DNA from: Thermoplasmata archaeon
GTDB lineage: Archaea; Thermoplasmatota; Thermoplasmata; Lutacidiplasmatales; UBA184
Direction: 5' to 3'
DNA length: 64,000 bases
NCBI GenBank assembly: GCA_027314915.1
Contig: DAHUZZ010000010.1
Location: forward strand, 3,221-67,220
In this document: one piece after another, positions 38,495-48,091 of the stretch
Layout: every line of letters begins with the position of its first letter
How positions within the stretch are numbered: the first letter of the stretch is position 1
The notes under the pieces: model-generated
Seen by the model: only the letters and a program-made list of their open reading frames with translations
Databases searched by the model: none
Told to the model about the DNA's origin: nothing
Made by a program: the position numbers and the translations under genes

Positions 38495-39151
38495 TCAGGC
38501 GTAGCGGATCCGGCCCTTGATCTCGCGGGCCCGCTGACGGACGTCCTTCGCCCCGGCGGGGTTCCCCTCCTCGTAGCCCTCGAGGAACCCCTGGTAGAGC
38601 GCCTCGCCCTGGGCGTGGAGCCCCTTCAGGTCCTCCTCGACCAGGTGGAGGTCGATCCCGCGCTCCTCGAGGCTCGAGTTCCGGGCCCCCATGGAGAGGT
38701 CGAGGAGCGCCGCGTGCCCCGTCGGCCCCTCCGGGAAGAGGACGTTCGAGCTCGTGAGATCGCCGTGGGAGATCCCGCCGGCGTGGAGCCGGCCCAGCGC
38801 CCGGCCGAACGCGCGCATCGGGGCCGCCACCGGCTCCGTCGCCCCGGCGCTCTGCTCGAGCAGCTCCTTGAGCGTGGGACCGGGCAGGTGCTCCAAGATG
38901 ATCCGGTACTGGGCCAGGTCCACGTCGTAGACGACCGGCGTGCGCACGCCGAGCCGCCGGGCCTCGGCGAGCAGCCGGACCTCGTTCTTCGTCCGCTCGC
39001 GCCGCAGCCGGACGTCGAGCGCCTTGGGCCGGTAGCTCTTCTCGTCGCGCTCCTTGCGCAGCGCGTCCAGGCCGAGCCAGCTCACCTGGTGGAGGTGCGC
39101 CTCCGCGCCGCGCGCGACCGGCCGACCTTCCTCGCGGTGCTCCGTCGTCAT
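38495..39151 (-). CDS. bud32: KEOPS complex kinase/ATPase Bud32
   Basis: ORF track. GAEAHL...RKERDEKSYRPKALDVRLRRERTKNEVRLLAEARRLGV...ISHGDLTSSNVLF. Confidence 0.85.
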   Translation of the reverse strand: MTTEHREEGRPVARGAEAHLHQVSWLGLDALRKERDEKSYRPKALDVRLRRERTKNEVRLLAEARRLGVRTPVVYDVDLAQYRIILEHLPGPTLKELLEQSAGATEPVAAPMRAFGRALGRLHAGGISHGDLTSSNVLFPEGPTGHAALLDLSMGARNSSLEERGIDLHLVEEDLKGLHAQGEALYQGFLEGYEEGNPAGAKDVRQRAREIKGRIRYA

Positions 39152-39164
39152 CGGGCCGACCTCC

Positions 39165-40037
39165 TCAGCTCCGGTGGTGCGCGGCGTGGTGCCGGACGAT
39201 CGCCTCGCGCGCGAGCCGGGCCGCGAGCGCGCTCGTGTTGCCCTGGTCGTAGTGCGGCGCGACCTCCATGATGTCGAAGCCGGCGAGCCGCGGAGCGACC
39301 TCGTCGAGCGCGAACTTCACGTCCCTCGGCGTGAGCCCGAAGGTCTCGGGCGTGCCGGTCCCCGCGGCGTAGGCGGGATCGATCACGTCGATGTCGAGGG
39401 AGACGTACACCTTCTCGGTCGTGAGGGCGGCGAGCGCCCGGCCCACCGTCGCCTGGATCCCGGAGCGCGCGACCTCGTGGGCGCTGATGTACTGCATCCC
39501 GATCCTCCGGTTGTCCTCGATCTCCTCCCGGGAGACGGAGCGCACGCCGAGCACGACGATGTTCTCGGCGCCCACGCGCTCGAGCATCCGCCGGGCCGAG
39601 CAGCCGTGGCTCCGCGGGTCGCCGAGGTAGCTCGACCGGAAGTCCATGTGGGCGTCCAAGTACAGGACGCCGAGCGACCGGTCCTCCGGGTAGGCCTCCA
39701 CGCAGGGCGGCGCGCAGGCGTGGTCCCCGCCGAGCGTGATGGGGATCTTCCCGGCGCGGTAGACCCGGCGGAGCTCCTGGCGGACCGACTCCACCATGTC
39801 CTGCGAGCTGCCGAACTCCTCCGTGTCGCCGAGGTCGTGGATCCTGAGGTCGCCCAGGTCGACCCCGGTCTCGAGGTCGTAGCTCTCGAAGTTCCAGGAG
39901 TGCTGCCGGATCGAGCCCGGCCCGAAGCGGGCGCCCGGCCGGAAGGAGGTGGTCCGGTCGAAGGGCACGCCGGCGATGACGTACTCCGACTCGTCGAAGT
40001 CCGCGTTCGCGTCCGCGAAGCGCCCGGGGATTTGCAC
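39165..40037 (-). CDS. speB: agmatinase (ureohydrolase family)
   Basis: ORF track. Mn-binding motifs GGDHA, DAHMDF and SLDIDVIDPA. Confidence 0.9.
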   Translation of the reverse strand: MQIPGRFADANADFDESEYVIAGVPFDRTTSFRPGARFGPGSIRQHSWNFESYDLETGVDLGDLRIHDLGDTEEFGSSQDMVESVRQELRRVYRAGKIPITLGGDHACAPPCVEAYPEDRSLGVLYLDAHMDFRSSYLGDPRSHGCSARRMLERVGAENIVVLGVRSVSREEIEDNRRIGMQYISAHEVARSGIQATVGRALAALTTEKVYVSLDIDVIDPAYAAGTGTPETFGLTPRDVKFALDEVAPRLAGFDIMEVAPHYDQGNTSALAARLAREAIVRHHAAHHRS

Positions 40038-40092
40038 GGCGCCGCGAGCGGGGCCGGGGTTAATAGCGCCTACGCCGGCGGCCGGGACCCCG

Positions 40093-41307
40093 TCACGGGG
40101 CGGCGCGCTCGGGGGCGGCCGGGACCGCGCCCGCCGTGCGGGGGCGGCCCGGCCGCCGGTACACCCCCTCGATCGCCGCGACGGAGACGAGGGTGGTCGC
40201 GACCGCGAAGCCGAAGAGCGCGGGAGCGCCGCCCAAGCCGAAGGCGACGCTGCCCAGGAACGGCCCGACGCTCCACATGGTGGAGTTGATGAGCGCGAAG
40301 ACGCCCAGGTACTCCGCCCGGTGCCCGGCGGGCGCGAGCCGGCTCACGAAGGAGAGCATCCCGGGCCCGAGCAGCGCGAAGCCGATCTGGCGGAGCGCCT
40401 GGCCGGGGAGGAACCAGAGCCAGGAGCTCGTGATGGCGAAGAAGGCGATGCCCACGAGCATGATGAGCGTCCCGTAGAAGATGCCGCGGATCTCCCCGCG
40501 CCGGTCGATGTAGCGGCCGGCGGGGAGGGAGAAGATCCCCGAGGCCGCCATCCCCGCGATGGCGATCAGGCCCACGTCGAAGTCGCTCGCCCCCAGCGAC
40601 ACGGCGTAGATGCCGAAGAAGGTCCCGACGGCCCCGGCGCCGAGGGAGCGGACCGAGACCACCGTGGAGAAGATGGTGAGCTCGCGGTACTCCCGCCACG
40701 GCCGGCGCGTCGGGGCGGGCGGCTGCCGCGCGTCGGGGACCCAGCGCAGGATCACCGTGACGGTGCCGACCATCACGGCGGCGACGAAGTAGAAGAGGGC
40801 GTTGAGCCCGAACGGGACGATGAGGAGGGCCGCCGCCACGAACCCGGCGATCCCGCCCCAGGCGGCCGTCGCGTTGAGCAGGGCGTACCCCTCGCCGCGG
40901 GCCGCGTGGCTGCTCACGTCGGAGACGAAGGCGTTGAGCGCGGGGGCCGCGACGGAGAGGACGACCTCGGCGGCCACGAAGGCGAGCCCGGCGCCGACCA
41001 CCCCGGGGAGGAACGGGATCGCGAGGAAGAGCGGGAACGAGCCGAGCTCGCCGGCCAGCAGGAACGCCTTGCGGCGGCCCAGGCGGTCCGACCAGCGGCC
41101 GGCGAGCGGGCCCGTGAGGCTCGCCCCCACGTAGCCGGCGGAGACGATCGCCAGCGCGGCCGTGACGCTCGCGCCCCGGGCCTCCACGAGGAAGACCGGC
41201 ATGTAGACGAGGAAGAGGCCGCCCCGGTTGTTCGCGAGGAGCTGGTAGAGGGCGAGCGCCCACAACGTGGAGGAGCGGCCGGCGGTCGGGCTCGGTTCGG
41301 GGCTCAC
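40093..41307 (-). CDS. MFS transporter
   Basis: ORF track, 404 aa, about 12 TM helices. Contains the GPLAGRWSDRLGRR loop motif. Confidence 0.85.
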   Translation of the reverse strand: MSPEPSPTAGRSSTLWALALYQLLANNRGGLFLVYMPVFLVEARGASVTAALAIVSAGYVGASLTGPLAGRWSDRLGRRKAFLLAGELGSFPLFLAIPFLPGVVGAGLAFVAAEVVLSVAAPALNAFVSDVSSHAARGEGYALLNATAAWGGIAGFVAAALLIVPFGLNALFYFVAAVMVGTVTVILRWVPDARQPPAPTRRPWREYRELTIFSTVVSVRSLGAGAVGTFFGIYAVSLGASDFDVGLIAIAGMAASGIFSLPAGRYIDRRGEIRGIFYGTLIMLVGIAFFAITSSWLWFLPGQALRQIGFALLGPGMLSFVSRLAPAGHRAEYLGVFALINSTMWSVGPFLGSVAFGLGGAPALFGFAVATTLVSVAAIEGVYRRPGRPRTAGAVPAAPERAAP

Positions 41308-41342
41308 GTGCGGCTCGCCCGCTCGGAACGGGCCCCGACTTC

Positions 41343-42194
41343 ATGCTTTCCGCCCGGGGGCGGCTCCACGATACCCGTAAATCGAGGACCTCCCTCGGCG
41401 CGCCGGTGAGGGACGTGAGCGCGAGCGAACTCGTCATCCGGAAGAGCGAGGAGGACGGCGTCGAGATCCTGGTCCTGCGCAACCCCCCCGTGAACGCGCT
41501 CCGTCGGGCGCTCCTCGACGAGCTCGACCGGAAGCTGGGCGAGCTCGGGGGATCGGTCCGAGCGGTCGTGCTGACGGGCGACGGCACCTACTTCAGCGCG
41601 GGCGCCGACCTCAAGGAGATCGCGGCCACGGGGCTCGAGGAGGCCCCCGCGGCGGTCGCCCGCGGCCAGGCGACGTTCGCCCGGATCGCCGGCTTCCGGG
41701 CCCCCGTGATCGCGGCCATCAACGGGCTCGCGGTGGGCGGCGGCCTCGAGCTCGCGCTGGCCTGCGACCTGCGCCTCGCCGGCGAGTCGGCCAAGCTCGG
41801 GGCGCCCGAGGTGAACTACGGTCTCATGCCCGCCTACGGGGGCACCCAGCGGCTGCCCCGGGTGGTCGGGCTCGCGCGGGCGAAGGAGCTCATCTTCACC
41901 GGCGCGCTCATCTCGGCCGCCGAGGCGCTCCGGATCGGGCTCGTGAACCGGACGGTGCCCGCCGGGCAGGAGCTCCGCGCGGCCCGCGATCTCGCCCACA
42001 CCATCGCGCAGCGCGCCCCGCGGGCGGTCGCCGCCGCCAAGCGGGCGATCCAGTCCGGGCTCGAGCGGCCGCTCGCGGACGGGCTCCGGCTCGAGGGAGA
42101 GGAGTTCGAGCGGGAGGTCCTCCCGAGCCACGACCTCCTCGAGGGGATCGCCTCCTTCGTGGAGCGCCGGCCGCCGAAGTTCACCGGCGAGTAG
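41343..42194 (+). CDS. enoyl-CoA hydratase/isomerase (crotonase family)
   Basis: ORF track. FSAGADLKE and AAINGLAVGGGLELALACD motifs. Start could instead be GTG 41406. Confidence 0.85.
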   Translation: MLSARGRLHDTRKSRTSLGAPVRDVSASELVIRKSEEDGVEILVLRNPPVNALRRALLDELDRKLGELGGSVRAVVLTGDGTYFSAGADLKEIAATGLEEAPAAVARGQATFARIAGFRAPVIAAINGLAVGGGLELALACDLRLAGESAKLGAPEVNYGLMPAYGGTQRLPRVVGLARAKELIFTGALISAAEALRIGLVNRTVPAGQELRAARDLAHTIAQRAPRAVAAAKRAIQSGLERPLADGLRLEGEEFEREVLPSHDLLEGIASFVERRPPKFTGE

Positions 42195-42196
42195 CC

Positions 42197-43390
42197 ATGC
42201 CGATCGAGTTCACCTTCACCCCCGAACAGGAGGCGCTGCGCTCGGCGGTCCGGCAGTTCCTCGAGAAGGAGGTGGCGCCGGTCGTCGCCGCCATGGACGA
42301 ATCCGAGAGCTTCCCGGAGGCGACCGTGCGGCGGATGCGGGAGGAGGGGTACTTCGGCGTGCCCATCCCGGAGGAGTACGGCGGGCTCGGGCTCGGGAAG
42401 GTGGGCTACTGTATCCTGCTCGAGGAGCTCGGGCGCGTCGACGCCTCCCACGGGGCGATCGTGGGGGCGCACACCTCCCTCGGGACGACACCGCTGCTCT
42501 CCTACGGGACCGAGGAGCAGAAGCGGCGGTGGCTCGTCCCCGCCGCCCGCGGGGAACGGCTCCTCGCCTTCAGCCTCACGGAACCGGGCTCGGGGAGCGA
42601 CTCGGGGGCCGTCCAGACGGTGGCGGAGCGCCGCGGCGACGGGTTCGTCCTCACCGGCACCAAGATCTACGTCACCAACGGGCGCGAGGCGGACACGGTC
42701 ATCGTCATGGCCGGCACCGACGTGAAGCTCGGGCCGAGCGGCGGCGTGACCGCCTTCCTCCTCGACAAGGGGCTGCCCGGCTTCACCGTCGGGCGGTGCG
42801 AGAAGAAGATGGGGCTCCACGGCACGTCGACGGCCGAGCTCGTCCTGGACCACGTCGAGGTCGGCCCGGAGCGGGTCCTCGGCGAGGTGGGCAAGGGCTT
42901 CCACGTGGCGATGACCGCCCTCGACGTCGGGCGGGTCTCGCTCGGGGCCGCCTCGCTGGGCGGCATCGACGCGGCGTGCGCGCAGGCGCTCACCTTCGCC
43001 CAGGAGCGCACCCAGTTCGGGCTGCCCATCAGCGAGTACGAGGCGATCCAGTTCAAGCTCTCCGACATGGCGATGCACGCCCACGCGCTGCGCTTCATGG
43101 TCTACCACGCGGCGGCGCGCCAGGACCGGATGGGCCCCGATCCGAAGAAGTGGGGCCGGCTCGAACGCGCCCAGAAGACCCGCGAGGCGGCGACGATCAA
43201 GTGCCTCGGGTCCGAGTGGGCGAGCGAGGCGATCGACGAGGCGCTCCAGATCCACGGGGGGCTCGGCTACATCCGGGGCACCCCGATCGAGCGGGCCTAC
43301 CGGGACGCCCGGATCAGCGAGATCTTCGAGGGGACGAACGAGATCCAGCGGCTCGTGATCGCCCGGGACCTCCTCGCGCGGGGGCTCTGA
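42197..43390 (+). CDS. acyl-CoA dehydrogenase
   Basis: ORF track, 397 aa. Contains LTEPGSGSD and IFEGTNEIQRLVIARDL. Confidence 0.9.
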   Translation: MPIEFTFTPEQEALRSAVRQFLEKEVAPVVAAMDESESFPEATVRRMREEGYFGVPIPEEYGGLGLGKVGYCILLEELGRVDASHGAIVGAHTSLGTTPLLSYGTEEQKRRWLVPAARGERLLAFSLTEPGSGSDSGAVQTVAERRGDGFVLTGTKIYVTNGREADTVIVMAGTDVKLGPSGGVTAFLLDKGLPGFTVGRCEKKMGLHGTSTAELVLDHVEVGPERVLGEVGKGFHVAMTALDVGRVSLGAASLGGIDAACAQALTFAQERTQFGLPISEYEAIQFKLSDMAMHAHALRFMVYHAAARQDRMGPDPKKWGRLERAQKTREAATIKCLGSEWASEAIDEALQIHGGLGYIRGTPIERAYRDARISEIFEGTNEIQRLVIARDLLARGL

Positions 43391-43393
43391 TCC

Positions 43394-44254
43394 CTAGGGC
43401 ATCCCGCTCGGGTCCCACGTCGTCCGGAACGCGGCGTCGAGCCCGTCGAGCGTCCGCATCTCGTGGGGCGTGAGCTCGAAGTCGAAGAGCCGGGCGTTCT
43501 CGGCGATCCGCTCCCGCCGGGACGACTTCGGGATGACCACGACCCCGTGCTCGAGCCCCCAGCGGAGCACCACCTGGGCCGCGGTGCGGCCGTGCGCGGA
43601 GGCGATCCGTTCCACGGCCGGATCGTCGAGCCGGCGCCCCCGGGTGAGCGGCGCGTAGGCCTCGAGCTGGATGCGGTGCGCCCGGCAGTACGCGAGGAGC
43701 TCGCGCTGGAAGAGAAAGGGGCTGAACTCCACCTGGTCCACGACCGGGACCTCGTCGCTCGCGGCGAGGAGCTCCTCGAGGTGCGCGACGGTGAAGTTGC
43801 TCACGCCGATGGAGCGGACCCGGCCCTCCTTCCGGAGGGTCCGGAGCGCGCGCCAGCTCTCGAGCCGGCGACCGGGGACGGGCCAGTGGACGAGGTAGAG
43901 GTCGATCGGCCCCAGTCCGAGGTTCCGCTCGCTCCGTTCGAACGCCCGGAGCGCCGGCTCGTAGCCCTGGTCGTCGTTCCACAGCTTCGTGGTCACGAAG
44001 ACCTCCTCCCGCGGGATCCCCGAGGCGCGCACGGCGGCCCCGACGTCGGACTCGTTGCCGTACAGCGTCGCGGTGTCGACGAGCCGGTACCCCAGCTCGA
44101 GCGCGGCGCCGACCGCCTCGCGGCATGCCCGCCCGCTCGGGGTCTGCCAGACGCCGAGCCCGAGCACGGGCATGCGCGCCGCATCGCGGAGCTCGACGCG
44201 CGAGGCGGTCCCCTTCCCGAGGTCGAAGGCGCCCGGCGCCGACGGCCCGACCAT
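43394..44254 (-). CDS. aldo/keto reductase
   Basis: ORF track. MPVLGLGVWQ, LVDTATLYGNE and LYLVHWP motifs. Confidence 0.88.
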   Translation of the reverse strand: MVGPSAPGAFDLGKGTASRVELRDAARMPVLGLGVWQTPSGRACREAVGAALELGYRLVDTATLYGNESDVGAAVRASGIPREEVFVTTKLWNDDQGYEPALRAFERSERNLGLGPIDLYLVHWPVPGRRLESWRALRTLRKEGRVRSIGVSNFTVAHLEELLAASDEVPVVDQVEFSPFLFQRELLAYCRAHRIQLEAYAPLTRGRRLDDPAVERIASAHGRTAAQVVLRWGLEHGVVVIPKSSRRERIAENARLFDFELTPHEMRTLDGLDAAFRTTWDPSGMP

Positions 44255-44302
44255 GGGCGCGCGAGCCCCCGGCGGTATTTGGCCGCCCGGGCCCGCGCCC
44301 CG

Positions 44303-46075
44303 CTACGCGGCCGGCGCCGTCGCCGGCTCGCCGGGAGCGGGCGGCCCACCGGCCGCGGGGGCGGCCGGGGTCCGGAGCAGCTCCTCCTTGAGGACCCGGC
44401 GGAGCACCTTCTGCACCGCGCTCCGCGGGAGGCTCTCGCGGAACTCGATCCGCCGGGGGGCCTTGAAGTGCGCGATCCGGTCGCGGACGAAATCGTGGAG
44501 CTGCTGCTCGGTGACGTCGGCGCCGGGGCGCTTGACGACCACGGCCGCGACGATCTCCCCGAGCGTCCGGTCGGGGAGCCCCACGACCCCCGCCTCCTGG
44601 ACCGCCGGGTGCTGGTAGAGCACCTCCTCCACCTCGCGCGGGTAGACGTTGAAGCCGCCGACGATGATCAAATCCTTCTTCCGGTCGACGATGTAGGCGA
44701 ACCCGTCCGGGTCGAGCCGGGCGATGTCCCCGGTGAGGAGCCATCCGTCCCGGAGCACGTTCTCGGTCTCCTCCGACTGCCGGAAGTAGCCCGCCATCAC
44801 CTGGGGCCCCCGGACGCAGAGCTCCCCGACCTCGCCCACGGGCAGGACCCGGGTGCCGGTCGCGGAGTCGACGATCCGCTGGGAGGTCTCCGGGAGCGGG
44901 AGACCGATCGAGCCTTCCCGGGACTCCCCGTCGACCGGGTTCGCGTGGGTGACGGGCGAGGCCTCGGTGACCCCGTACCCCTCGATGAGGTGGGCGCCGG
45001 TGAGCGCCCGGAACCGCTGGGCCACCTCGAGCGGGAGCGGCGCCGATCCGCTCACGCAGACCCGGATCGAGCGCAGGTCGTACTTCGGGGTCTCGGGATG
45101 GGCGTTGATCGCCTGGTAGAGCGCGGGGACGCCGGGGAACTCCGTCGGCCGGTACTTCCGGACGAGCTTCAGGATCTCCGGCACGTCCGGCCGGGTCTGC
45201 AGCACGATCGTCGCGCCCACCGAGATGGGGTAGGTCATCGCGACCGTCATGCCGTAGACGTGGAAGAACGGGATCGAGGCGAGGACCACCCCGGTGCCCG
45301 GCGGCTGGATCGCGAACCAGGCCGAGCACTGGAGCGCGTTGGCGACCAGGTTGCGGTGGGTCAGCATCGCCGCCTTCGGCTTCCCGGTCGTCCCGCCCGT
45401 GTACTGGAAGACCGCGACGGTCCGCGCCGGATCCTGCGCGACCTCCGGCGGGCGGCCGGCCTGCTCGAGCTCCCGGAAGGGGTGCACCCCGGGGGCCCGG
45501 GGGAACTCCGTGGGATGGCCGCCCCGGCGGAGCACCGAGTTCACGAACAGCCGGGTGGGGAAGGGGTAGGAGTCGCGCAGCCGCGCGACGTAGTGGAGCC
45601 GCACCGGCGCCTCCCGGGCCACGGCGGCCAGCTGCGGATAGTGGATCTCGAGGAGGACGATCGCCTGGGGCTCGGCGTCGTGGATCACCCGCGCGAGGTC
45701 CTGCTGGATGTAGAGCGGGCTCACCTGGATGACGGTGAGCCCGGCGCGGAGCGCCCCGAAGAAGGCGATCACGTAGGGCGGGCAGTTCGGGAGGTAGAGC
45801 GCGAGCCGGTCCCCGGGGTGGAGGCCGGCCCGGGCGAAGCCCGCCGCGGCGCGCCCCGTCGCCTCCCAGAGCGCCCGGTAGCTCCACGTCCGGCCGTAGT
45901 AGATGATCGCCGTGCGGTCCGGCCAGCGCTCCGCCGAGCGCTCGAGGAGCTGGGGCAGCGTGATCGGCGGGACCTCGAGGGAGCGGGGCACGTACTTCGG
46001 GTAGCTGGAAAGCCAGGGGGCCTCGGGATCGCGGGGGGGAGCCGGGGGGGTCGCGGGGGCGGCCGGGCGGCTCAC
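44303..46075 (-). CDS. long-chain-fatty-acid--CoA ligase (AMP-binding enzyme)
   Basis: In frame in ORF 44303..46393. GTG 46075 overlaps the stop of the upstream DUF35 gene (GTGA). Motifs FQYTGGTTGKPKAAMLTHRN, GYGVTE and TGDIARLDPDGF. Confidence 0.88.
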   Translation of the reverse strand: MSRPAAPATPPAPPRDPEAPWLSSYPKYVPRSLEVPPITLPQLLERSAERWPDRTAIIYYGRTWSYRALWEATGRAAAGFARAGLHPGDRLALYLPNCPPYVIAFFGALRAGLTVIQVSPLYIQQDLARVIHDAEPQAIVLLEIHYPQLAAVAREAPVRLHYVARLRDSYPFPTRLFVNSVLRRGGHPTEFPRAPGVHPFRELEQAGRPPEVAQDPARTVAVFQYTGGTTGKPKAAMLTHRNLVANALQCSAWFAIQPPGTGVVLASIPFFHVYGMTVAMTYPISVGATIVLQTRPDVPEILKLVRKYRPTEFPGVPALYQAINAHPETPKYDLRSIRVCVSGSAPLPLEVAQRFRALTGAHLIEGYGVTEASPVTHANPVDGESREGSIGLPLPETSQRIVDSATGTRVLPVGEVGELCVRGPQVMAGYFRQSEETENVLRDGWLLTGDIARLDPDGFAYIVDRKKDLIIVGGFNVYPREVEEVLYQHPAVQEAGVVGLPDRTLGEIVAAVVVKRPGADVTEQQLHDFVRDRIAHFKAPRRIEFRESLPRSAVQKVLRRVLKEELLRTPAAPAAGGPPAPGEPATAPAA

Positions 46076-46497
46076 GGCCGGCCCTCCGGGGCCGCCCCGT
46101 CGTCCCGCTCGAAGATCACGCCGGGCTTGTACGACGGCCTCCACCGCACCCGGTCGCCGAGGTGGAGGTCGGCGTCGCGGCGCACGCCGGGCATCCAGCC
46201 GGTCATCCGGCCGCCCTCGTCGAGCTCGACCACGACGTAGGCGTACGGGGCGTCGTTGAGGAACTCGTCGCTGGGGACCGTCTGGACCGTGCCGGCCACG
46301 ATCCGTCCCCGCCCCGAGAGCGCATGCTCGGCGAGGTCCCGGGCGCCGCACGCGGGGCAGACGAGCCCCCACGTCGCGGTCACGAAGCCGCACGCCGAGC
46401 GGAACCCGCGGAGCCGGGACTCCTCCTCGTAGCCGTGCTCGAACTCGCGGATGGTGTGGGCGGCGGGCGGGAGCTCCTCCGGTCCGGTTCCGGCCAT
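46072..46497 (-). CDS. DUF35 Zn-ribbon/OB-fold protein (thiolase-associated)
   Basis: ORF track. CGFVTATWGLVCPACGA rubredoxin-like ribbon followed by an OB-fold segment. Lies directly downstream of the thiolase. Confidence 0.8.
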   Translation of the reverse strand: MAGTGPEELPPAAHTIREFEHGYEEESRLRGFRSACGFVTATWGLVCPACGARDLAEHALSGRGRIVAGTVQTVPSDEFLNDAPYAYVVVELDEGGRMTGWMPGVRRDADLHLGDRVRWRPSYKPGVIFERDDGAAPEGRP

Positions 46498-46501
46498 GGT
46501 C

Positions 46502-47656
46502 CTACCGGTGCCCGAAGATGTGCACGGAGCAGGAGCTGCCGGTCGCGCCGACGTTGTGGGCGAGGGCGAGCTCGGTCTTCGGGACCTGCCGGGCCCCGGC
46601 GTGGTGATTGAACTGCTCGAAGATCTCGGCCACCTGCGAGGCGCCGGTCGCGCTCACGGGATGGCCCTTGGCCTTGAGCCCCCCGGAGGGGTTCACCGGG
46701 AGCTGGCCGTCCCGGGCGGTCAGCCCCTCGCGGGTCGCCCGGCCCGCCTCCCCCGCCGGGAAGAACCCGAGGTCCTCGAGCGCGACGAGCTCGGCGATGG
46801 TGAAGCAGTCGTGCACCTCGGCGAAGTCGATCTGGCCGGGCCGGACCCCCGCCGCCCGGTACGCCTTCTCGGCGGCGAGCCGCGCCGCCGGGAGGCTCGT
46901 CATGGAGGACCGGTCGTGGATGTCGCCGAGGGAGCCGGCGCGCGCCGAGGCCCGGATCACGAGCGGCTCCGACGCGGGGGAGGGGAACGTCTCCCGGGCG
47001 GTCACGACGAGCGCGGCCGCGCCGTCGGAGAAGGGGCAGCAGTCGTAGAGCCTGAGCGGCGAGGCGATCATGGGCGAGTTGAGGTAGGTCTCGTAGGAGA
47101 TCTCCTTCTGGAAGTGGGCGTGCGGATTCCGCGCGGCGTTCGCGTGGTTCTTCACGGCCACGGCGCCGAGCTCCTCGGTCCGGGTCCCGTACCGGCGCGC
47201 GTGCGCGCTCGCGATCGTCGCGTAGAGCCCGGGGAAGGTCGCCCCGTTGTGCGCCTCGAAGGGGTAGTCCGCCCCGACGGCGAAGTAACTCGTCGCCGCG
47301 AGCGTGTCCAGGTGCGAGAGCTTCTCGAAGCCGACCACGAGCGCCGCCTCCTCGAACCCGGCGGCGACGTGGACGAAGGCCTCGTGGAGCGCGGCGCTCG
47401 ACGAGGAGCAGGCCGACTCGATCGTGCACGAGGGGACCTCGGGGATCCCGAGGGCGGAGTTGAGGAGCGGGCCCACGTGCGCCTGCCGCTCGGCGATGCC
47501 GAAGGCGTTCGCCACGAAGGTGACGCCGATGTCCTGCGGCCGGAGCCCCGCACGGTCGAGCGCGGCGAGCGCGACCCGGGCCCCCGCTTCCCGCCCGGAC
47601 TCCGCCATCTTGCCGAACCGGTTGGTGGCCGCCCCGGCGACCCAGGTCTCCCGCAT
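46502..47656 (-). CDS. thiolase (archaeal-type acetyl-CoA acetyltransferase / SCP-x-like)
   Basis: ORF track, 384 aa. Active-site Cys context TIESACSSSSAAL and C-terminal NPSGGLKAKGHPVSATG. Confidence 0.9.
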   Translation of the reverse strand: MRETWVAGAATNRFGKMAESGREAGARVALAALDRAGLRPQDIGVTFVANAFGIAERQAHVGPLLNSALGIPEVPSCTIESACSSSSAALHEAFVHVAAGFEEAALVVGFEKLSHLDTLAATSYFAVGADYPFEAHNGATFPGLYATIASAHARRYGTRTEELGAVAVKNHANAARNPHAHFQKEISYETYLNSPMIASPLRLYDCCPFSDGAAALVVTARETFPSPASEPLVIRASARAGSLGDIHDRSSMTSLPAARLAAEKAYRAAGVRPGQIDFAEVHDCFTIAELVALEDLGFFPAGEAGRATREGLTARDGQLPVNPSGGLKAKGHPVSATGASQVAEIFEQFNHHAGARQVPKTELALAHNVGATGSSCSVHIFGHR

Positions 47657-47818
47657 GGTGCCCCCGTCCCCGAAGGCCGCCGCCGGGGAAGAAGGTTGCC
47701 CCCGGGGGTGCGCTCCGGGGGTCCCGCGGGGTTCCGTCCGCCCCCGGTCACGTCGTGGAGTCCGTCCTCGACGAGCCCGGGGGATGATCCCGGGACCGCC
47801 CCGGGCCGGGGCGCCCGA

Positions 47819-48091
47819 TCAGCCGGAGCCGAGGTGGAGCCGCCGCTGGAGATCGTCGAAGAGCCGCCTGGCCTCGGCCGGGTCGCGGCTCTTGATGAGC
47901 ACCCGGCCGTCCCGGCTGATCGTGACCTCGCGCTCGAGGGCCACGATGAGCATCACCCGGGCATCGATGACCGGGATCTTCTCGGCCTCGAGGCGGCCCC
48001 GGATCGCGACCAGGTCGAGCTTGAGCTTCGGCTCGGGGATCGCCTCGTAGCCGCCCCCGCCCGAGCAGAGGCGGACCGTGGAGTAGCTCAT
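47819..48091 (-). CDS. hypothetical 90-aa protein, translationally coupled to the ThiI-like gene
   Basis: C-terminal part of ORF 47819..48460. ATG 48091 overlaps the upstream stop (ATGA). Sequence: MSYSTVRLCSGGGGYEAIPEPKLKLDLVAIRGRLEAEKIPVIDARVMLIVALEREVTISRDGRVLIKSRDPAEARRLFDDLQRRLHLGSG. Confidence 0.5.
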   Translation of the reverse strand: MSYSTVRLCSGGGGYEAIPEPKLKLDLVAIRGRLEAEKIPVIDARVMLIVALEREVTISRDGRVLIKSRDPAEARRLFDDLQRRLHLGSG

